From Clostridia bacterium (lineage in GTDB: Bacteria > Bacillota > Clostridia > Monoglobales > Firm-18): a stretch of 64,000 nt of DNA. Where the stretch lies: the NCBI GenBank assembly GCA_017397315.1, contig JAFQJA010000017.1, forward strand, positions 1,804 to 65,803, written 5' to 3'. A model generated the notes under the pieces. It saw nothing but the letters and a program-made list of their open reading frames with translations. It had not been told where the DNA came from and did not search any database. Of the stretch, positions 34,876 to 45,098 are shown piece by piece (position 1 is the stretch's first letter; each line of letters begins with the position of its first letter). The translations under genes and the position numbers were made by a program.

Positions 34876-36144
34876 TTACTGTTGTGCAGTTATGTTATTA
34901 ATAGTTTTGCTGTCAGAAACCATATTGTAAGTACCGCCATTTTTCAACTCGTCTGAAACCATATAAAATGTTTCAAATGACTTAAGATTTCTAAACTCCA
35001 ATAATTTTTCATTTTTATTGTCTGTAATAATAATTGTGCTGTTTTCAGGGAAACTTATGCCGGTAACAAACAAAGCAGATGCTTTGTTTGTTGTTAAACG
35101 CCAACTCATATTATGATCTCCCGCACATATAATAGTTCCTCCGTCAAATTCGAAAGTTTTGTCAAAATCAATTATTTCTTCATCTTGATTGTTTGTTCCG
35201 TAAACTATAACTGTACCGCCTGTCATTGCGATTTCACCGTTTACATCTATTCCGTCTCCACCGGCATCAATTGTAATCTTACCTCCTTTAATTGTTAAAA
35301 GAGCATTGCTGTTTTCCGTATCTGCTTCTTCGCGTTTGTCAGTACCGTTAATTCCATCTTCAGTGCTTACAATATCTACTACACCGTCTAAAATGTCTAT
35401 ATAAAGACTTTCAAGTCCCTCATTAGCATTTTTAATCTGCACATATCCTCCGTCAACTTCAATGTGTTCTAAACCTTTAAGGGCATTTCCCACGCTATAT
35501 ATACCCACAGAACCACCTGAACAGTGAATACACTTTTTAGCATTCACGCCATTTAAACCGGCAATAATATCCAAAGAGCAATCGCCAAAAGTTACGCTTT
35601 TTTCGCACATAATGCCTGTTGATAAACTTTCAATAAATAAAGCACCACCGCCTATAAAAAATATATCGCTGTTGCTTGTTATCGCACCAGTTTCTTTTTC
35701 ATTGACTGATTTATCATTTATAGTATTAATAGTGTCTTCTTGAAGAACAATATTGACTTTTTTTGCATTTAATACATTAATTGCAGGTTCACCGTTTGAA
35801 AACAACTGAACAGTGTTGAATACAAGATTTACTTCATCGTTGGTATCTACAACAATACCTCCGTAATAATAGCCCTTCAACACATATGTTCCACCTTTGG
35901 TTATGGCAACATCACCATCATTGTATTCAACATTTCGGCTTTCTGATTTAAAAATTTTGTTTTCTAGTTTTACTAAGGAATAGTCTTCTTCCTTCCAGTC
36001 AATATCGTCAATTTTTTGTTGCTTTTCAGTATGTATTTTGCTGACAATTTCTTTTTCAGCGTCAGTTAAGCGTTGTTTTTTACAGCCTGTAAAAGAAAAC
36101 ACAAGTAATAATGCAAGGAATAAGGGAAAAATCTTTTTAACCAT
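34876..36144 (-). CDS. Lipoprotein, carbohydrate-binding beta-helix family (Cthe_2159-like)
   Basis: GGAGG lies 8 nt before ATG 36144. The lipobox is 'LLVFSFTGC'. Repetitive G/N/D-rich beta-helix-like repeats and 'ITKGGTYVLKG' are present. Confidence 0.6.
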   Translation of the reverse strand: MVKKIFPLFLALLLVFSFTGCKKQRLTDAEKEIVSKIHTEKQQKIDDIDWKEEDYSLVKLENKIFKSESRNVEYNDGDVAITKGGTYVLKGYYYGGIVVDTNDEVNLVFNTVQLFSNGEPAINVLNAKKVNIVLQEDTINTINDKSVNEKETGAITSNSDIFFIGGGALFIESLSTGIMCEKSVTFGDCSLDIIAGLNGVNAKKCIHCSGGSVGIYSVGNALKGLEHIEVDGGYVQIKNANEGLESLYIDILDGVVDIVSTEDGINGTDKREEADTENSNALLTIKGGKITIDAGGDGIDVNGEIAMTGGTVIVYGTNNQDEEIIDFDKTFEFDGGTIICAGDHNMSWRLTTNKASALFVTGISFPENSTIIITDNKNEKLLEFRNLKSFETFYMVSDELKNGGTYNMVSDSKTINNITAQQ

Positions 36145-36220
36145 AATGTTTACCTCCACTAATTGTTGTACCTAATCAGTATTATATCATACATTTGTCG
36201 TTTTTTGTTAAAAAATTGTA

Positions 36221-36258
36221 AAAAGCAAAAGACACCATTTCAACAAGAAATAGTGTCT
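36221..36258 (-). terminator. Rho-independent terminator
   Basis: Hairpin AGACACCATTTC...GAAATAGTGTCT, followed by TTTTGCTTTT on the - strand. Confidence 0.65.
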
Positions 36259-36286
36259 CAATGCTGCATCGTACTACAAACTTAAA

Positions 36287-36397
36287 TTATTTGCTTTGAT
36301 TATTGTTGTTTTTGTTATCGTTCTGATTCTTGTTTTCGTTTTTGTTCTGTTTTTGATTCTGGTTTTGATTCTGGTTTTGATTTTTGTTATCAAGCAT
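36287..36397 (-). CDS. Possible 36-aa Asn/Gln/Lys-only micro-protein (MLDNKNQNQNQNQNQKQNKNENKNQNDNKNNNNQSK)
   Basis: ATG-to-TAA ORF built on GGTTTTGATTCT-type tandem repeats, with its own downstream terminator. There is no clear SD, so it may be non-coding repeat DNA. Confidence 0.3.
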   Translation of the reverse strand: MLDNKNQNQNQNQNQKQNKNENKNQNDNKNNNNQSK

Positions 36398-36469
36398 ATT
36401 GTTTACACCCTGCCTTATATAATATTTTCGATGCAATATTATTATTGACAAAAGTATAAAGATTATACA

Positions 36470-39025
36470 TTAAAAAATACTGTATAAAAGTTTTGCACAT
36501 TCTGCTCTTGTGATTTTATTATTTGGTAAAATAGTATTGTCTTCGTATCCGTTTAATGCTTTTAATTTAACCAAAACTGATATTCCGTCAACTGCCCAAC
36601 TTGGTATGTTTTCATTATCTGCAAAATTAATTTTTGCTTTTAAAAGTCCTTTAGGTAAAATTCTCGAAAGCATTACGGCGGCTTCACTTCTTGTGAGAAG
36701 AGAGTTAGGATCAAAAACTACAGTATCACCATTTTGTCTTCCTGAAATCACTCCCTCTTTATACATAGCCTTAACCTGTTTTATTGCCCAGTCAGGAATT
36801 GACATAGCATCCGCAAAAGGCAACTCAACATTTTCGTAATTTTCAAAATCAACCTTAAGGTAATTTGAAATCATAACAGCAAACTGAGCTCTCGTCATAT
36901 TATCCTGTGGTTTAAAAACAACTGTTCCGTCTTTTTCTGTATATCCATTGACAACCCCTTGACTGTTCATATATGCAATTATATCTTTAGCCCAGTTGTT
37001 GTCTGTGTCAGAAAAAACATTTGTACTGCTGTTGCCTTTTATTTCAAAAAATTCAAGGGTAATATTGTCGAACTTATTTTTGATTAAAACCGAAATTCTG
37101 TGTGTGCTTTTAGCAAAATCGTCTTCACAATTGTAAGTTAATATTCCGTCTTTATATTCAAATTCCGTGTCCGTTCCGTCAATTTTAAAAGTTATTTGAG
37201 AATCATCAAGCAAAACATTGTGATGATTTGATATTTTCAAAGTTACTTTACCATCAGCAAACTCAAATTCATCTATATTATGGTAAAATTCAGGTGCGTA
37301 AGTTTCACCTTTAATTGTAACAGGTATTATTTTGACTGTATTGTTGTATTTGATTTCAATATTACCCTCTGTTAAAGGTACTTTTCCTGCAGTAAACACA
37401 CCGTTATGGTCTATAGTTCCAACATTTTCATTTGATAAAGACCATGAAAAACAGTTATTTTGAGAAATAAGTTCGCTGTGCCCGTCCATCGCAATGGCTG
37501 TTAATTGTATCTTTTGGTCAGGCTCTGCAACGATACTGTCAACAATATTATTACCATTTTTTGCAATAATTGATGACGGATTATCGTAAACAGTGTAAGT
37601 AATTTCAGAAGAAATACCGCCTTTAGATGCTGTTACGGTAAATTTACCGTCTCCGTCGGCTTTCAGTTCTCCTTTTTTGTTAATTACTCCCTGACTGGTC
37701 GAAAACAAAATATTATCAGAATTAACAGGTTCAAAACTATCATCTGTCATTTTAGCAGTAACGGTGGTTTTCGCTCCAGATAAAATTTTCATATCAAGAG
37801 GATAAATAAACATTCTTGACGGCTTTCCCGTAGAGATTTGATTATTAATAAAAAAGAAAAAGTTTGAGTTTTTTCTGACACTGCCGTCCGAAGGAGAATT
37901 AACAACATTAAAATCATTGTATCCCGGGAAAATAACTCCGCAGGTAGTTGAGCCTCCACCGTCAAGGTTGATTGCATCAACGCAACCTAATTCTTTTAAT
38001 CTTTTTGCAAGAGTTGTCAATTGTAAACCATAACTGTGTCCTGTTTGTCTGCCGTCAATGGTATAGAAAATACTTGAGCCGTCCTCTCGTACACCTATAG
38101 CAGTTCTTGGGGCTGCACCAACCTGTAGTTTATCATTAACAATTCCATTGTTTAAAAGCCTTCCTTGCGACCCTCCCATTACAGTCTTTGCCTCAAGGAA
38201 ACGGGAATCGCCTGTAAATTCGGATTTTATTGTAACAAGGTCTCCTGCCTTTAGGTTTTCAAAAAACTTGTAATTATCCTGTTCTTTTAATTTATCGTTT
38301 ATTGATATTACTATTTTATCCTGAGGCAAAGCGGTAGAACCTTCAAAGTAATCAACGCTTTCAACCGTTGCAGTAACTTCACCCTCAATGGAAATCTTAT
38401 CAGAGAGGTCTTTTAGAACCACTACAAGCCCAGGGTCAGTGTCGTGTGTCTCATTACCAAAATCCTCAGTAAACATATAAACCTGATGAGGCTGGCGGTA
38501 TTTATTAATATTTTCAACAACCGCACTTTCTTCATCTTTTATAATGGTGGTTTTTAATTCCAACCACCCAATAAATGCAGTTCCGTCTGGCAAAAATCCA
38601 ACACTGTCCTGCCCCATCTTATCTTTAGACATAATATATCCGTCTGAAATACATGTGCTTATGGGTACTCCCGTCTGCAAGGAAAAGAAATCACCGTTAA
38701 CACCTGCTACAGGATTTAAGTTATAAGATAAAAGGTCGTTGTAACTTTGATATATATCATATCTGCCGTAAACAGAGCCACCATCTGCAATTACGGGAAC
38801 AACATTGTCATTCGGTGTATATAAAAAATAGTATTCAGACTGACGCCCCACACCAGACTGATCACTGTAAAAAACATTTTGATAATAATATGTGCCGTCA
38901 GCAACCTGAACTTCACCTTTATACATTTGTTCACTGCCTAAAATACTAGCAGACGCAAAAACAAATGTAGAATTATAAAATATAATAATAACTGAAGCAA
39001 CAAGTGCTCTTAATTTATCTTTCAA
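36470..39025 (-). CDS. Secreted phosphodiester glycosidase-family protein with Ig-like repeats and three C-terminal SLH domains
   Basis: Contains a signal peptide, 'AGVNGDFF' and 'AINLDGGGSTT' (NAGPA/DUF2233-like). The C-terminal SLH repeats include 'FSDTDNNWAKDIIAYMNSQGVVNGY' and 'MTRAQFAVMISNYL'. Confidence 0.7.
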   Translation of the reverse strand: MKDKLRALVASVIIIFYNSTFVFASASILGSEQMYKGEVQVADGTYYYQNVFYSDQSGVGRQSEYYFLYTPNDNVVPVIADGGSVYGRYDIYQSYNDLLSYNLNPVAGVNGDFFSLQTGVPISTCISDGYIMSKDKMGQDSVGFLPDGTAFIGWLELKTTIIKDEESAVVENINKYRQPHQVYMFTEDFGNETHDTDPGLVVVLKDLSDKISIEGEVTATVESVDYFEGSTALPQDKIVISINDKLKEQDNYKFFENLKAGDLVTIKSEFTGDSRFLEAKTVMGGSQGRLLNNGIVNDKLQVGAAPRTAIGVREDGSSIFYTIDGRQTGHSYGLQLTTLAKRLKELGCVDAINLDGGGSTTCGVIFPGYNDFNVVNSPSDGSVRKNSNFFFFINNQISTGKPSRMFIYPLDMKILSGAKTTVTAKMTDDSFEPVNSDNILFSTSQGVINKKGELKADGDGKFTVTASKGGISSEITYTVYDNPSSIIAKNGNNIVDSIVAEPDQKIQLTAIAMDGHSELISQNNCFSWSLSNENVGTIDHNGVFTAGKVPLTEGNIEIKYNNTVKIIPVTIKGETYAPEFYHNIDEFEFADGKVTLKISNHHNVLLDDSQITFKIDGTDTEFEYKDGILTYNCEDDFAKSTHRISVLIKNKFDNITLEFFEIKGNSSTNVFSDTDNNWAKDIIAYMNSQGVVNGYTEKDGTVVFKPQDNMTRAQFAVMISNYLKVDFENYENVELPFADAMSIPDWAIKQVKAMYKEGVISGRQNGDTVVFDPNSLLTRSEAAVMLSRILPKGLLKAKINFADNENIPSWAVDGISVLVKLKALNGYEDNTILPNNKITRAECAKLLYSIF

Positions 39026-39117
39026 TTTGTATGTACCTCCAAAAATATGTTCTAATACATTGTATCATATTTTTTTAGAAAATAACAGTACTATTTTATA
39101 AAAATTTTTTACAGAAA

Positions 39118-39142
39118 ATAAAAAAAGTGCCATAAGGCACTT
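39118..39142 (-). terminator. Rho-independent terminator
   Basis: Stem AGTGCC-ataa-GGCACT, with a long T-run on the - strand. Confidence 0.65.
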
Positions 39143-39151
39143 TTTAAATGA

Positions 39152-39442
39152 TCAATCCAAAAACTCAAATTCGTCGCCAACATGTTCTTTGAAAATTTCA
39201 AAAACTTGTGCAACTTCATCATCATTTTCTACGATTTCAAGAGTTTCTTCGCCGTCTTCGTCAACGATAACTGTCATAACATAAACATCGCTTTCATCAG
39301 TTTCTTCCTCAAAGTAATCTGTTAAAACAAAATATTGTTTGTCATTTAAATCAATAGTATCAAGATGTTCAAACAATACTGTTTCTCCGGTTTCCTCATC
39401 AGTAAGTTCAATGATGTTGTCATTTCTCATTTCTTCGCTCAT
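39152..39442 (-). CDS. DUF1292 (UPF0473) family protein
   Basis: Acidic 96-aa protein. 'IELTDEETGETVLFEHLDTIDLNDKQYFVL' is typical of DUF1292. It lies downstream of ruvX, as in other Firmicutes. Confidence 0.75.
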   Translation of the reverse strand: MSEEMRNDNIIELTDEETGETVLFEHLDTIDLNDKQYFVLTDYFEEETDESDVYVMTVIVDEDGEETLEIVENDDEVAQVFEIFKEHVGDEFEFLD

Positions 39443-39443
39443 T

Positions 39444-39860
39444 TCATTTTCCTCCTTTAAAATCTATATAGTTTTGTAAAATTATACAAGCTGCAACAGT
39501 ATCAACCACATTTTTTCGTTTGTTGCCTCTGGTATTTGTTTCATTTAGCACCCTGACGGCACTGACTGTAGACAGTCTTTCGTCCCAGAATTCAATGGGG
39601 CAATCTGTAAATTGCTTTAAAATTTCTGCAAACTCCAGTGTCGCCTCACCGCGAAAGCCGATTGAATTATCCATATTTTTGGGTAATCCTACAACAATAA
39701 ATTCCGCGTTATATTGTTTTGCAATTTCTGAAACTTTTTCCGCCACTTTTTCAGGATTGCGTCCAAAAACAGTAGTAACTCCTTGTGCTGTTATATTGAG
39801 CTCGTCTGAAACGGCTACCCCTGTTCGTGTCTCACCGTAATCAACACCTAATATTCTCAT
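39444..39860 (-). CDS. ruvX: Holliday junction resolvase-like RuvX (YqgF)
   Basis: 'MRILGVDYGETRTGVAVSD' and 'DERLSTV'. Confidence 0.88.
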   Translation of the reverse strand: MRILGVDYGETRTGVAVSDELNITAQGVTTVFGRNPEKVAEKVSEIAKQYNAEFIVVGLPKNMDNSIGFRGEATLEFAEILKQFTDCPIEFWDERLSTVSAVRVLNETNTRGNKRKNVVDTVAACIILQNYIDFKGGK

Positions 39861-39905
39861 ATACAATTACCTTCCCAAACAATTTTCTCATTCGGTTTAT
39901 GTAAC

Positions 39906-40199
39906 CTAATCCTCAAAATCCATACAGCATCTTGACTTTGTATAAGGCCTTACAAAAGTATCTGCAACATAAATATGTTTCGGATGAACGGCGTAACCTT
40001 TAAGACTGTCATAATCCTCAAAAACCGAATAAAGCATTATATCAGCATTAGATGTTTCCAATGGGTTAACAAAAACTTTAATATCAATAAGACCGGGAAT
40101 AACTCCTATAAGGCTCTCAAGATTTTCTTTTATTCCTGACTTAATTTCGCTAGTTTGATATTCGTCCTTTAAATTCCATAAAATAATGTGTTTAACCAT
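39906..40199 (-). CDS. Dabb (stress-responsive alpha/beta barrel) family protein
   Basis: 'VKHIILWNLKDE...' and 'HPKH..V', in a 97-aa protein. Confidence 0.7.
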   Translation of the reverse strand: MVKHIILWNLKDEYQTSEIKSGIKENLESLIGVIPGLIDIKVFVNPLETSNADIMLYSVFEDYDSLKGYAVHPKHIYVADTFVRPYTKSRCCMDFED

Positions 40200-40201
40200 A
40201 A

Positions 40202-40897
40202 TTATTCCCCTTTATTTACAATATATAATATTTTATTAATATTGTCAATCTCGTATGTAATAGGTATCCCAACGGTATTTGGATTGCGTGCAGGATTAAA
40301 CCAGCAAGTGTCAATGCCTGAATTATAACCGCCTTTCATATCGGCAATAAGAGAATCTCCGATAATAAGTACTTCTTTTTTATTTGTTATGCCCAAATTT
40401 TCAAAAACATAATTAAAATACTGCTCATTTGGCTTCTCGGCACCAACATCTTCAGAAATAAAAACGGCATCAAAAATCTTATCAAGTCCTGACATCCGCA
40501 ACTTCTTCTCTTGAGCAACTTTTGTTCCGTTGGTAACTGCAGCAATTACAAATTTCCCTTTGCTTAAAAGCAAAACCTCTTTTGCATTTTCAATAAACTC
40601 TATATGGTCTCCAAGAGTTAATTGATAATCGTTGTTAAACGACTCTGCAACATTTGCATCAACACCGATAATACTAAAGAATTCGAGGAATCTTCCAATA
40701 AGAACTTGCGGTTTAGTTATTTCATTTCTTTCAAGCATACGCCAGTATTTTGCATTTATTTCTGAATAAAGTTTAAGCATTTCTTCAGTGCATTCGCCTA
40801 AATTGTACTTACGAAACAGTGTTCTTATTGCATAAGCCTCTGATGCCAGAAAATCCAACACTGTACCATCTATATCCCACAATAAATATTTATACAT
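40202..40897 (-). CDS. HAD-IA hydrolase (YjjG-like nucleotidase)
   Basis: GAAGGAG SD precedes ATG 40897. Contains the 'LLWDIDGTVLDF' DxDxT motif and 'IGDSLIADMKGG'. Confidence 0.8.
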   Translation of the reverse strand: MYKYLLWDIDGTVLDFLASEAYAIRTLFRKYNLGECTEEMLKLYSEINAKYWRMLERNEITKPQVLIGRFLEFFSIIGVDANVAESFNNDYQLTLGDHIEFIENAKEVLLLSKGKFVIAAVTNGTKVAQEKKLRMSGLDKIFDAVFISEDVGAEKPNEQYFNYVFENLGITNKKEVLIIGDSLIADMKGGYNSGIDTCWFNPARNPNTVGIPITYEIDNINKILYIVNKGE

Positions 40898-40970
40898 ATT
40901 GTCTCCTTCGTTACCTTGACATAATAAATTTATCAAGACAAAATATCCACGGTATTTAACCACAATAGCC

Positions 40971-42272
40971 TTATACCCGTGATATTTCCCTTATAATATC
41001 TTCCAAAGGTTCTCCGTTCCCAAGCCTTTCTCTAATGGAAAGAGCAGGACATGTTAAATTTTTCGCTCTTTCAAACAAGCAGTCTATTAATACTTCTTCT
41101 CCTTTTTGTCTGTTGCAAAGCCCTGTTTTAGATGCCTCTGTCAATGATAATATAAATCTTTTTAATCCCGAAGTATCTAATTCAGGTGGTACAACACCTT
41201 TAACCGCAAACTTTCTTAATTCAGAATTGTTATATGGTAAATTATAAATATTAAAAAAGTCGTCTGTAATTTCAAGAACACAATCTAAATTGTTGGACAA
41301 TCCAAGATAAAATGCAGGTGGGGCAAAAGCATCACGAAGAGGCTGTGTGCAACTGCTTCTGACCTCCACAGTCCCTCTGGAAGTTACTTCTATATTTCTA
41401 AAAGATAAAAACTCGCAAATATCTTTTTGCGTACTATCAACACTTTCAAAATATTCCCTTACTTTAACAGGCGGGATAAGTTCATACTTTCCGTTTCTTA
41501 TTCTGCAAAACATATATCTGTCCAAATAACTTTCCAAAAGTCCATAAATATTGACATAATAACTGTCAGGCAGTCCTGTGTGCCCATCAAGCAAACCAAA
41601 AGCACTGTTCTGCCATAGAAAATCACGCATACACAAATAATTTGTATCGTCAAATGACAGTGAGTTGGAAAAAATATATCCGCAGGCAAAATCTATTTTT
41701 GCAAACAAATCAGCAAGTACGGGTACATCATTGACATCAGCGTCAAGATGGGTCTGTACCGAAGATAAATATGCAGGAAAATCAGGATAGTTGTGAGTTT
41801 TTTCGCAGTTGTTTGTGTGCAAAAACTTATGAACCATATTATAAACAGGATGGTTAACATGAGACACTTCTGTATATTGTTTATAAAGATTAGACCCTAT
41901 TCCCGCAATTATGTGATTTTTTCTCTTGAAATAATCTGTGGCAAAATTATAAAGACGGTAAAATCTGTTTTTAATGGCTATCAGGTCGTTGCCGTAATTC
42001 ATTGAAAATTCAATATTGTTATAGGAATTGTCGTAAGAAATTACATCTCCGTCGCAGTTTACAACAAAAGCGGGGTTGCCATCCAAATCGTTGTCCTCAA
42101 CAGTAAATCCGTTTTTTAGAAGTTCGTACATAAACCCCAATGCAAATTCTTTATCTACCGGCTTCTTATCGAGATTTATAAGCGGAAATTCCAATTCAAC
42201 ACCAATATTTCCTTTTCTTTTATTATTAAGCGGTGCTATAAATCTGTTATGAACGGCGTCAATAGATTTCAT
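40971..42272 (-). CDS. Glutamate-cysteine ligase family (GCS2-like carboxylate-amine ligase)
   Basis: 'IGVELEFPL', 'NIEFS' and 'FRNIEVTSRGTVEVRSSCTQP' appear in the order expected for GCS2-type ligases. Confidence 0.55.
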   Translation of the reverse strand: MKSIDAVHNRFIAPLNNKRKGNIGVELEFPLINLDKKPVDKEFALGFMYELLKNGFTVEDNDLDGNPAFVVNCDGDVISYDNSYNNIEFSMNYGNDLIAIKNRFYRLYNFATDYFKRKNHIIAGIGSNLYKQYTEVSHVNHPVYNMVHKFLHTNNCEKTHNYPDFPAYLSSVQTHLDADVNDVPVLADLFAKIDFACGYIFSNSLSFDDTNYLCMRDFLWQNSAFGLLDGHTGLPDSYYVNIYGLLESYLDRYMFCRIRNGKYELIPPVKVREYFESVDSTQKDICEFLSFRNIEVTSRGTVEVRSSCTQPLRDAFAPPAFYLGLSNNLDCVLEITDDFFNIYNLPYNNSELRKFAVKGVVPPELDTSGLKRFILSLTEASKTGLCNRQKGEEVLIDCLFERAKNLTCPALSIRERLGNGEPLEDIIREISRV

Positions 42273-44196
42273 TGTTTGTCCTCCAGTTTAAGTAATTATA
42301 CACCATAATTAACGCATCACCGTTCTTAATATTTTGTTTAGGACGAAAATATCCCTCACTACCTGAAACAATTTTTAATGAACGAGCAAGTTCAATATAA
42401 CCGATTAGTTCCTTTTCCATACTTCTTACATCTTTAAAATGAGCATCAAAAATAAAATAATTTTTAGCAACATCACCGTAACCGATTGTTTTAACAAAGT
42501 ACTCAACAGCTTTTTCTCTCAACACAGGAGCATCATAATCTATCTCATCAACTGACAATATGCCTGCAGATGTAAAAGCGTTATAAAGCATTTCCATTTG
42601 CTGATCATTTAAATCTGCAAAGTTTTCAATAACAGGTTTTCCTCCGGGAAGATAACTCGAAATCAACAGCAAATAGTCTTTTTGAAGTATCTCATCATAA
42701 AGTGCAACATTTCCCCTTGATACATAAATGTCGCAATCCGCCATTTTTTCAACTATATCCTTTCCGTAAAAAGTCTCTAAATCAGTATAATTTAAATATT
42801 TAGCAACATGAAGTTTTTTCCCGTCATAACCTAAAACTTCCCCTGTTTTTGCATCAATTATTCCTGTTGTATTTGAACTCAACGCATAAACAGGTACATT
42901 TACTTTTCCGTCAAAAATGTACTTAATTTCAAATTTGCATTTCTCGTTAAATATTTCATAAGCCCGTTGAAGAGATATTATTCCATCTGCTGAAAAATCA
43001 AGATTTTCCCACAGAAAAGATATATTTGAAATATTACCGCTTTGGTCAACTGCTATACATAAACCATTTGCGGGGAAAGGTATGTCTTCAACCATTCTTT
43101 CATATAAATAGACGGTTTTATCGCCGTTATACACAGACGACAGTTTTAAATTGTAGATGTACTCACCAAGATAATTAGATATATAATCCTTTATTACTTT
43201 GTTGGCATCTTCATTATTAACCGAGGGTGCAGCGCCCGTTCGTGTAAATTCACAAACGATACCCCTGTGAGCATCAACAGTTACAGAAATATTGCCGAAA
43301 TCACTTTCATAGTTTAGAATAATCAAATACTTCTGATTAGAGTTTTTAAGGTATCTGGCACTAACAATTCTGTAATCATCTGTTATTTTAAGTTCAGGTA
43401 TCGAGCGAACCAAAAGTTGAGCTTCAACGGGCTGAAGCATTTCCTCTCCTGGTTCTTTTCCGTCTTTTATTTTTTCATACATAGAAGTTATATCAAAATA
43501 ATTATCAGGAATTATCTCTCTGACAGTATTGATTGCACTGCCTGTAACCGCATTATACAAAAGCGTTTGATCCAAAGTATATACAGGATAAACAGAAACA
43601 TCACTGCCTGATATTTTTTTATTATATGTAAGATTAAGTTGTCCCTCTCTTTTAAAGATATCAAAAATTTGCTGAGATGAAACCAGATATTTGAAATCAG
43701 CAAAAACACCGTCTTTTGAATACTCTTTGTAGTAAGACAAAACTTCGCCTGTATCGCCGTCAATTCCTAAAGATAAGTAGTTGTTGCTGTAAACTATTCC
43801 GTTATGTACTCTGTAATAAACAACATTAAAAATCCCATTATAAGTAATCTCGGCTTTTGACAAATCAATGTTACCGAGAATGTCCGTAGCAACATTGACA
43901 ACAAAAGACTGTGCATACCTTTTGACTTCGTTTTTTGTCAACAACGGAAGCGGGTTATGTTTCCTTTGCACATCATTTACATAAGACGAAACAACGCCGT
44001 CATAGTCGCATGTAATATAACGAGTACCATCAACAGAAGGTATTGTAATATAATAACCATTACCTGTATCCGCAACCGCGGTATCTTCAGTAATATTTAG
44101 TTTTAATGTCCGTGTTGCAGTAAGCACTCCGTCATTTGCGGAAACAGACACCGAAAATGACAGAATTGCAATTAACAACAATAAGATTTTTTTCAT
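42259..44196 (-). CDS. Secreted protein with C-terminal SLH-like repeats, function unknown
   Basis: Signal peptide MKKILLLLIAILSFSVSVSA. The C-terminal 'FKDVRSMEKELIGYIELARSLKIVSGSEGYFRPKQNI' is SLH-like. Confidence 0.5.
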   Translation of the reverse strand: MKKILLLLIAILSFSVSVSANDGVLTATRTLKLNITEDTAVADTGNGYYITIPSVDGTRYITCDYDGVVSSYVNDVQRKHNPLPLLTKNEVKRYAQSFVVNVATDILGNIDLSKAEITYNGIFNVVYYRVHNGIVYSNNYLSLGIDGDTGEVLSYYKEYSKDGVFADFKYLVSSQQIFDIFKREGQLNLTYNKKISGSDVSVYPVYTLDQTLLYNAVTGSAINTVREIIPDNYFDITSMYEKIKDGKEPGEEMLQPVEAQLLVRSIPELKITDDYRIVSARYLKNSNQKYLIILNYESDFGNISVTVDAHRGIVCEFTRTGAAPSVNNEDANKVIKDYISNYLGEYIYNLKLSSVYNGDKTVYLYERMVEDIPFPANGLCIAVDQSGNISNISFLWENLDFSADGIISLQRAYEIFNEKCKFEIKYIFDGKVNVPVYALSSNTTGIIDAKTGEVLGYDGKKLHVAKYLNYTDLETFYGKDIVEKMADCDIYVSRGNVALYDEILQKDYLLLISSYLPGGKPVIENFADLNDQQMEMLYNAFTSAGILSVDEIDYDAPVLREKAVEYFVKTIGYGDVAKNYFIFDAHFKDVRSMEKELIGYIELARSLKIVSGSEGYFRPKQNIKNGDALIMVYNYLNWRTNNEIY

Positions 44197-44199
44197 AGG

Positions 44200-45051
44200 T
44201 TATCTCCTTTTAAAAATGAAAAACACAAAATAAAGAACACCGCAGTACAAAGCAACAGTTGCACCTGCAGGAGTACCAAGATGGAATGCAGTGAATAAGC
44301 CGAAAATCCCGCATAATACAGATATGACTACAGAGAGACTTATATATTGTTTCATATTTTTAGAAATCATTCGTGAACATGCAGCAGGAAGGACAAATAA
44401 AGAATTAATTATAAGTAAACCCACCCACTTAATTGAAACAGTAACAACCAAAGCGATAAGTGCAGTAAATACTGTATCAACAAAGACAACATTAACCCCT
44501 CTGCTTGTTGCAATAGATTTGCTTAAACTGACAAGAATTAACTGTCTGCATAAAACAAACCAAACCAAAAGAACTGCTAAAAGTAACAAAAAAAGCATTA
44601 CAGTCTCTTTTTCAGTTATACTTAAAATATCACCAATAATCAGTGAGGAATATTTATTGTAGCCCTCACCAGATAGCAAAACAAGACCAAGTGCCACTGC
44701 TACAGAAGAAAATACTCCGATGGTAGTATCCATAGAAGATTTACCAATATGTTTAATATAAACTATACCTACCGCAAAAATAACAGAAAACAATATCATA
44801 GAAATACTTATGTTTGAAATACCAAGTATAACGCCTATGCCCGCACCTGTTAAAGCACTATGCCCTAATGCATCTGAGAAAAATGACATTTTATTATTTA
44901 CTATCATACTGCCAAGCAATCCAAAAACAGGGGTAATTAAAAGTATTGCCAAAAAGGCATTTCTCATAAAAGTATAGTTTGTCCAGTCAAATAAAAACTC
45001 GTAAAATGACACTTTTTCACCTTCTACTTTTTCTTTATTACATTTTACCAT
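44200..45051 (-). CDS. ABC-3 family metal (Zn/Mn) transporter permease; no adjacent ATPase or binding protein
   Basis: 'FMRNAFLAILLITPVFGLLGSMIVNNKMSFFSDALGHSALTGAG' is a ZnuB/TroD-type signature. The true start may be GTG at 45012. Confidence 0.75.
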   Translation of the reverse strand: MVKCNKEKVEGEKVSFYEFLFDWTNYTFMRNAFLAILLITPVFGLLGSMIVNNKMSFFSDALGHSALTGAGIGVILGISNISISMILFSVIFAVGIVYIKHIGKSSMDTTIGVFSSVAVALGLVLLSGEGYNKYSSLIIGDILSITEKETVMLFLLLLAVLLVWFVLCRQLILVSLSKSIATSRGVNVVFVDTVFTALIALVVTVSIKWVGLLIINSLFVLPAACSRMISKNMKQYISLSVVISVLCGIFGLFTAFHLGTPAGATVALYCGVLYFVFFIFKRR

Positions 45052-45098
45052 ATTTATTATATAAAATCTATAGTGAAATATAAATTTAATAAAGCGAG

